Shown: piece after piece, positions 6,583 through 10,946 of the stretch | Layout of the letters: each line of letters opens with the position of its first letter | How positions within the stretch are numbered: position 1 is the first letter of the stretch | Assembly (NCBI GenBank): GCA_003133025.1 | Contig: PKZK01000084.1 | Span: 2,713 to 13,658, forward strand | Reading direction: 5' to 3' | Source of the DNA: Vulcanimicrobiota bacterium | GTDB taxonomy: Bacteria > Vulcanimicrobiota > Vulcanimicrobiia > Vulcanimicrobiales > Vulcanimicrobiaceae | DNA: 10,946 bases | The notes under the pieces: generated by a model | Seen by the model: only the letters and a program-made list of their open reading frames with translations | What the model was told of the DNA's origin: nothing | The model's database searches: none | Translations under genes and position numbers: made by a program

Positions 6583-6659
6583 TGGTGAAACCGGTAGACA
6601 CAGCAGACTTAAAATCTGCGGCTCGCGAGAGCGTCCGAGTTCGAGTCTCGGTCATCCCA
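6576..6659 (+). tRNA. tRNA-Leu, anticodon TAA (6610-6612), 84 nt, CCA not encoded
   Basis: Acceptor GGGATGA/TCATCCC + discriminator A. D-arm with GG. Anticodon arm GCAGA-CTTAAAA-TCTGC. Long variable arm GCTC-GCGA-GAGC. T-arm CCGAG-TTCGAGT-CTCGG. Confidence 0.97.
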
Positions 6660-6751
6660 TGTATCTAAGCATCTAGAGTGGTGATGTTGACCGGCCGGAA
6701 TCCGTCGACGCCGAATCGAAGCGGAGAGCAGAGTTTTATGAGCACTTCTCT

Positions 6752-6756
6752 GGAGG
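6752..6756 (+). promoter_or_regulatory. Shine-Dalgarno GGAGG
   Basis: GGAGG lies 7 nt before TTG 6764. Confidence 0.7.
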
Positions 6757-6763
6757 GTCCCTG

Positions 6764-8101
6764 TTGAAAATGACGGTCGCAGGTCTACGGCTAGCAGTCG
6801 GTCTCGTTGCGTGCGCGTCGCTCGTGAGTACGGTCGCGCGCGAAGGCGACGGATCCGCATTTCACTCGTCACTGCAGCGGGGAGCGCCGACGGAAACGCT
6901 TCTCCACCAATTCTTGGGAGCGCCGGACGGCGCGTTTCCGTACGCCGGAGTAACCGTCGATGCCCACGGCGCCGTGTACGGCACGACCTTTTCGGGAGGT
7001 ACCGGAAACTGCAACCTGTACTCCGGAACGGGCTGCGGGACCGTCTTCAAGCTGACGCCGAAGAAATCGGGCGGTTATAGCGAGAACGTCATCTACAGCT
7101 TTCAAGGGGGCAACGACGGTTCGTATCCGTTCTCAGGCGTGATCATCGATTCCGGCGGGGCTCTGTTCGGAACGACCTATCGAGGCGGCGGGTCGTTGCA
7201 ATTCGGAACGGTCTATAAGCTTACTCCGAAGAATCACGGCTACGTCGAGAGCATCATCTATAATTTCGAGTCGTCGGGCGGGAATGTCGGGGCGTTACCG
7301 TATGCCGGGTTGGTTGCCGGCAAGCATGGCGAACTCTACGGGACCTCGATCTCGGGCGGAGCGCACGGTCAGGGCGCGGTCTACAAGCTAACGCGCACTC
7401 GCAACGGCTATGTCGCCTCGTTGCTGCACAGCTTTCTGAGCGACGGACAACATAGCGTCGAGGGGGTCGAGCCCTATGGTCCGCTCCTGATCGATGCCTA
7501 CGGCTCGCTGTACGGTACGACGTATGCATCGGCGGGCGGGGGAAATTGCTTTGAATCGGGGTGCGGTACCGCCTTTCGCCTTTCGCCTACGGCGTCGGGC
7601 AAGGCGTATACCGAGAGTATCCTCTACGATTTTCATTCCTCGTCGTCCGGCGCTTACCCGATGGCCGGCCTTGCCTTCGCTCCTGACGGTTCGTTGATCG
7701 GAACGACGTCTGAGGGCGGCGCTACGTACGGCGGCGTCGTCTTCGACGTCGTGCCCTTTACGTCGGCGGCCGACAGCGGGGGATACGCCGAGATCCCCTT
7801 GCATCAATTCGGTACGGTCACGGGCGACGGGCAAAATCCACAGGGCGGAGTCGTCTTCGATACGTCCGGCGCAATGTACGGAACCACGGTTGAAGGCGGT
7901 TCGAATGGCGCGGGCACCATCTACAAATTGACGCCGAGCGCCGGAGGCGGATATGCCTACGCTGTCCTGCTGAACTTCGGATATTCCAACGGCGAGGGAC
8001 CGACCGACACGCTGACGATCGACGGCACCGGAGCGCTTTATGGAACGACGGGACGCGGCGGATGCTGCGGAGACGGAGTGGTATTCAAGCTGACGCAGTG
8101 A
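6764..8101 (+). CDS. Secreted Gloeo_Verruco (GloVer, TIGR03803-type) repeat protein, 7 repeats, probable beta-propeller
   Basis: N-terminal signal peptide (possible lipobox LVAC at residues 14-17). Seven copies of 'e..lh.F....dG..P.ag...d..GalYGTT..GG....GtvfkLt'. Confidence 0.88.
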   Translation: MKMTVAGLRLAVGLVACASLVSTVAREGDGSAFHSSLQRGAPTETLLHQFLGAPDGAFPYAGVTVDAHGAVYGTTFSGGTGNCNLYSGTGCGTVFKLTPKKSGGYSENVIYSFQGGNDGSYPFSGVIIDSGGALFGTTYRGGGSLQFGTVYKLTPKNHGYVESIIYNFESSGGNVGALPYAGLVAGKHGELYGTSISGGAHGQGAVYKLTRTRNGYVASLLHSFLSDGQHSVEGVEPYGPLLIDAYGSLYGTTYASAGGGNCFESGCGTAFRLSPTASGKAYTESILYDFHSSSSGAYPMAGLAFAPDGSLIGTTSEGGATYGGVVFDVVPFTSAADSGGYAEIPLHQFGTVTGDGQNPQGGVVFDTSGAMYGTTVEGGSNGAGTIYKLTPSAGGGYAYAVLLNFGYSNGEGPTDTLTIDGTGALYGTTGRGGCCGDGVVFKLTQ

Positions 8102-8144
8102 CGTCGCGCGAACGATACCGCCGTCGTCTTCCCGGTCTCGAGGA

Positions 8145-8591
8145 TTACAAGAGCGCGCGTTGGGCCGTTTCGAAGCGGGCGAGGCGCGCGGTCATCGCGG
8201 CGATGTCGGAATAATCCGAGTCGTCCATCTTGTACGACTTGTAGATGTAGAGCAGCAACTGGTGGGCGCTCAGCGCCGTCTGGTAGGCTTCGCGGTGCCG
8301 CTTCAAGGCGGCGTAGTCGAGCGCGGCGGCTTCGAGCATCTGGCCCTCCACCTCGTAGGCGTACCAGGGATTGCGTTTCTGCGCGTCGCCCAGTTGCTTG
8401 AACGTCGCCGCGGCGGCCACGCAGATCGGCAGCGACTCCGCCGGCTTGCCTGCGGCTTGTAAGTCGCGGCACTGCTTGGCCTGCGTCTGCGACGGCGACA
8501 GATACGAGAACGCGGCGCGCGCCGGAAGGGCAGTTGCCGCGAAGCCTGCGAGCAGCGCGCAACCGGCGAGCGTGGTCGTCAACCGGTTCAC
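8145..8591 (-). CDS. Secreted alpha-helical (TPR-like) hypothetical protein, 148 aa, last gene of the Tad cluster
   Basis: GTG start 6 nt after GAGGAG. Signal peptide ending ARA. Ala/Leu-rich helices with two mature-region Cys. TAA at 8147-8145. Confidence 0.75.
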   Translation of the reverse strand: MNRLTTTLAGCALLAGFAATALPARAAFSYLSPSQTQAKQCRDLQAAGKPAESLPICVAAAATFKQLGDAQKRNPWYAYEVEGQMLEAAALDYAALKRHREAYQTALSAHQLLLYIYKSYKMDDSDYSDIAAMTARLARFETAQRALL

Positions 8592-8601
8592 GACATGCTC
8601 C

Positions 8602-9318
8602 TCAACAACTGTGCTTCGCGCTCGGCGGCGGCGTCTGGTAGCCCGCGAACGGGCCGGCGAGCGTGACCGGCTCGATGCTGCCCAGGCTGTTCGCGAGCGC
8701 GAGGGCGAAGCCGGGACTGCAGTAGATGATATTGTCGGGCGCGGCGGCGCTGATGTTGACCATGCCGCCCCTGATGTGGCCGGAACTCACGCCGGGCAGC
8801 GAGTCGCGGATCCACAGAGGCGCGGCTTTATCGGCTTCGACGTGGGTGAAGTGCGCGACGTAATACCAGTTCGCTTCGTTGGGCTCCGTGGAACTCAGAC
8901 TGATGCTCGAGGCATCGCAGCCCGTCTCGCTCGCACTCGTGCCGTCGGGTTGAAAATACGGCGGCGCGGTCGCGCCGGTGCCGCCGGAGGGCAACGTTTC
9001 GGCCTGAATCAGCGCGTTCTGGCCGTCGGTCGCGGCATTGGCCGTGCACGAGGTGACCGACGAGGGAAAGCCCGGGTTCACTTGGTTGTTGCCCTCGCGG
9101 TGCAATTCGTGATACATCTGCACGAGCGAAAATGGGCTGGTCGCACCCGCGTTGTCGACGAGCGACGCGAAGCGCGCGCCCTGCAGCGAGCGCTCTTGGA
9201 GCACGCCGTATTGGCTGAAGTACATGATGCCGAACATCGCCAACAGCATGAAGGGGATGAAGAACACCGTCTCGAGCAGCGTCTGGCCGCGTTGCGCATG
9301 CATGGCCGTATCGGTCAT
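8602..9318 (-). CDS. TadE/TadF-like pseudopilin, 238 aa
   Basis: ATG 9318 in an ATGA overlap. Prepilin motif 'AQRG|QTLLE' (Glu at +5), hydrophobic helix, then 'SLQGARFAS'. Four Cys in the extracytoplasmic part. The 9774 start in the track is off-frame sequence inside the upstream gene. Confidence 0.85.
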   Translation of the reverse strand: MTDTAMHAQRGQTLLETVFFIPFMLLAMFGIMYFSQYGVLQERSLQGARFASLVDNAGATSPFSLVQMYHELHREGNNQVNPGFPSSVTSCTANAATDGQNALIQAETLPSGGTGATAPPYFQPDGTSASETGCDASSISLSSTEPNEANWYYVAHFTHVEADKAAPLWIRDSLPGVSSGHIRGGMVNISAAAPDNIIYCSPGFALALANSLGSIEPVTLAGPFAGYQTPPPSAKHSC

Positions 9319-10313
9319 CCTTTCTTGCACGCCGGCGTGACGCTGATCCCGCCGACGGGTGCCGTGAGCGAGCCTACGTAGAACGTCGCGTTGACGGTCA
9401 GTCCGGCGAAGTTCACGACGTACGGCGGCGTGGTCATCCAACCCAAGTCCAAATTGCAAGGTCCGTCGGGCGGGCAATCCTCGATCTGTTGGTAGGGCGG
9501 CGACGTGCCCGCTGCGCCGGGCGTTGCGTCGGGGTCGGTCGTCGTGCCCGGGTTGAGCGTCTCGGTGATGCCGCGCAGCGTCGCCGCGGAACGGCCTTCC
9601 GCCGTAAACGTCGTCTTGCCGTTGAAGAACCAGGGCGACACCTGCGTTATGGTCCGGCAGGTCACGATGTCGACGTACTCGCTCGAACCGAAGCCCGTCG
9701 CTTCGAGATTCGGATTGGCCGTGTACGCGAAGGCGCAATCGAAGAGCGCCTTCCCGGTGCCCGTATCCCAGCAATTGGTATTGCTCGCCGCGAGGCTGAA
9801 GGCCGACGGCGCCGCGCTATCGGCCGGTGCGCTCGGCAAGGGCAAGGGCGTGCCGCTCGCGCCCGTCGGCATCGCCACGGGCACGGGCGGCGTCGCCGTG
9901 CTCAAACTCTCGGCGTAGGTCAGGGCGCTCTCGTACACGCCGAGGGCCTTATCGTACGCCTCGGGCTCTTGGTCGTACGCGTTGTCGCAGTCCTTGCCCG
10001 TATCGTCGTATTCCGACTCGCAGCCTCCAACGGAGTTCGCCGCGTTGATCATCGAGTTGACGATGGCCCGCAGGCGGTACTCGTCGATGGCCAAGGCATA
10101 GAGCGCCATCGTCTGTTCGTTGGTCATGTTTGCGTCGGCGGCGATCGTCGTCAATGCCGCGGCGTCGGCTGCGTTTTGTGCGCGGATGTGCCAGCGTACC
10201 GTGTTCGTGTAATTCATGACGAAGAAGGCTAAGCCGAGCGCAAGCACCACCGACAGCGCCCAGAAGGGCATCGTTTGTCCCCGTGGGGACCTCGTCGGTT
10301 CGTTTATCCGCAT
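9315..10313 (-). CDS. TadG-like pilus assembly protein (Tad N-terminal motif), 332 aa
   Basis: 'SPRG|QTMPFWALSVVLALGLAFFVMN...RAQNAADAAAL' is the typical TadG N-terminal signature. Eight Cys; Pro/Thr/Ser-rich linkers. Confidence 0.85.
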   Translation of the reverse strand: MRINEPTRSPRGQTMPFWALSVVLALGLAFFVMNYTNTVRWHIRAQNAADAAALTTIAADANMTNEQTMALYALAIDEYRLRAIVNSMINAANSVGGCESEYDDTGKDCDNAYDQEPEAYDKALGVYESALTYAESLSTATPPVPVAMPTGASGTPLPLPSAPADSAAPSAFSLAASNTNCWDTGTGKALFDCAFAYTANPNLEATGFGSSEYVDIVTCRTITQVSPWFFNGKTTFTAEGRSAATLRGITETLNPGTTTDPDATPGAAGTSPPYQQIEDCPPDGPCNLDLGWMTTPPYVVNFAGLTVNATFYVGSLTAPVGGISVTPACKKG

Positions 10314-10946
10314 GGGTTTGCCGCCGTGGCACTGTACATCGGCGTCAGCAGGGTGCCGAGCGTGCCGTTGACGTTGAGGTAGAGCCCACTCGCGCGAACG
10401 GCCGGCCAGTTGATCGAGCCGTCGGTGGTCGGCTGGTAATCTTCGGGCCAGGGATGCGCGCCGCCGACGGTGCCCGTTCCGCTGGTGCCGTTGGAGAGCA
10501 CGGCGTAGGTGGCTTCATGGCACTGGAACTGCCACCATGGATTTTTGTTGGTCGGATCGTAGACGGGCAGATAGATCGGCAGACCCGCCGCGCTACAGGT
10601 CGGCGTTGCCGGATTCGCCGAAACGCAATTCAATAGGTTCGAGGCGGCGATCTTCATGGGCACGGTGCTCGAAAACGCAGTCCCGTCGATCACAGGTTCG
10701 ACGATGTGCGACTTCAGGTCGAACGAACCCGAGCCGAAGGAGCCGCCGAACAGCCCCGCGGTCAGGCGATAAGCCGAACCGACCACCTCGCCCGTCCCGT
10801 TGGGACCGCCGCTCGAGCCCGAGGTCACGCCGATGTTCGCCGTCGGAATGCGCGTGAAGATGCTCTCGGCGTGCGTCTCGCCGCGACTCACTTGCGTGGT
10901 CGCGACGGTGCTCAGCGAGGCGGCCCGGGCGGCGACGAACGCGGCC
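10304..10946 (-). CDS. TadE-like pseudopilin, 5'-truncated by the window edge
   Basis: The frame stays open past GTG 10891 to the edge and reads 'AAFVAARAASLSTVATTQ', resembling the TadE 'AA..gAR.A' motif. Four Cys. TAA at 10306-10304 overlaps the TadG-like start by 10 nt. Confidence 0.7.
   Translation of the reverse strand, partial: AAFVAARAASLSTVATTQVSRGETHAESIFTRIPTANIGVTSGSSGGPNGTGEVVGSAYRLTAGLFGGSFGSGSFDLKSHIVEPVIDGTAFSSTVPMKIAASNLLNCVSANPATPTCSAAGLPIYLPVYDPTNKNPWWQFQCHEATYAVLSNGTSGTGTVGGAHPWPEDYQPTTDGSINWPAVRASGLYLNVNGTLGTLLTPMYSATAANPCG

Noticed and set aside
6660..6751. Possible riboswitch, terminator or promoter after the tRNA (TTGACC at 6687; ATCTA repeated twice)
   Set aside because: No -10 at proper spacing from TTGACC, no strong stem with a U-tract and no recognisable aptamer consensus.
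6890..8098. DNA-level repeats as a CRISPR array or diversity-generating cassette
   Set aside because: Repeats are degenerate, in frame and explained by the protein repeat; no identical repeat-spacer pattern and no cas or reverse transcriptase gene.
8102..8144. Bidirectional terminator between the convergent genes
   Set aside because: Only a weak 5-bp stem (ACGAT/GTCGT) and no T or A tracts.
9311..9320. TCGGTCATCC matches the tRNA 3' end (6648-6657), a possible attR
   Set aside because: Only 10 bp, it falls on the ATGA junction between two intact tad genes, and there is no integrase; an island ending here would split the operon.
8371..10232. Plus-strand ORFs 8371-9381 and 9489-10232
   Set aside because: Antisense shadows of the tad genes, which carry clear prepilin motifs.

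Overview
High-GC bacterial chromosome segment with three parts. (1) Bases 1-6659 (+): a very compact housekeeping run of dnaJ (5'-truncated), rsmE, a DPM1-like GT2 glycosyltransferase, accD, accA, a DivIC/FtsB-like gene, a YabR-like S1 protein, an RpiR regulator, a Ppx/GppA phosphatase and tRNA-Leu(UAA). (2) Bases 6764-8101 (+): a lower-GC secreted protein with 7 Gloeo_Verruco-type repeats. (3) Bases 8145-10946 (-): the distal end of a Tad/Flp pilus cluster (TadE-like partial, TadG-like, TadE-like, small secreted helical protein). The most unusual signals are at the gene junctions. rsmE and ppx appear to start at ATT codons that share their T with the upstream stop (ATTAG, ATTAA). The S1 gene appears to start at CTG (CTGA overlap). 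The rsmE-GT2 gap is bridged by two mini-ORFs chained through three ATGA overlaps. The ppx stop codon lies inside the acceptor stem of tRNA-Leu(UAA), and TTA codons cluster in the two genes just upstream of that tRNA. Together these suggest an extensively translation-coupled operon with possible tRNA-linked control; this is inference and untested. Family assignments come from motif recognition by eye, not database searches.
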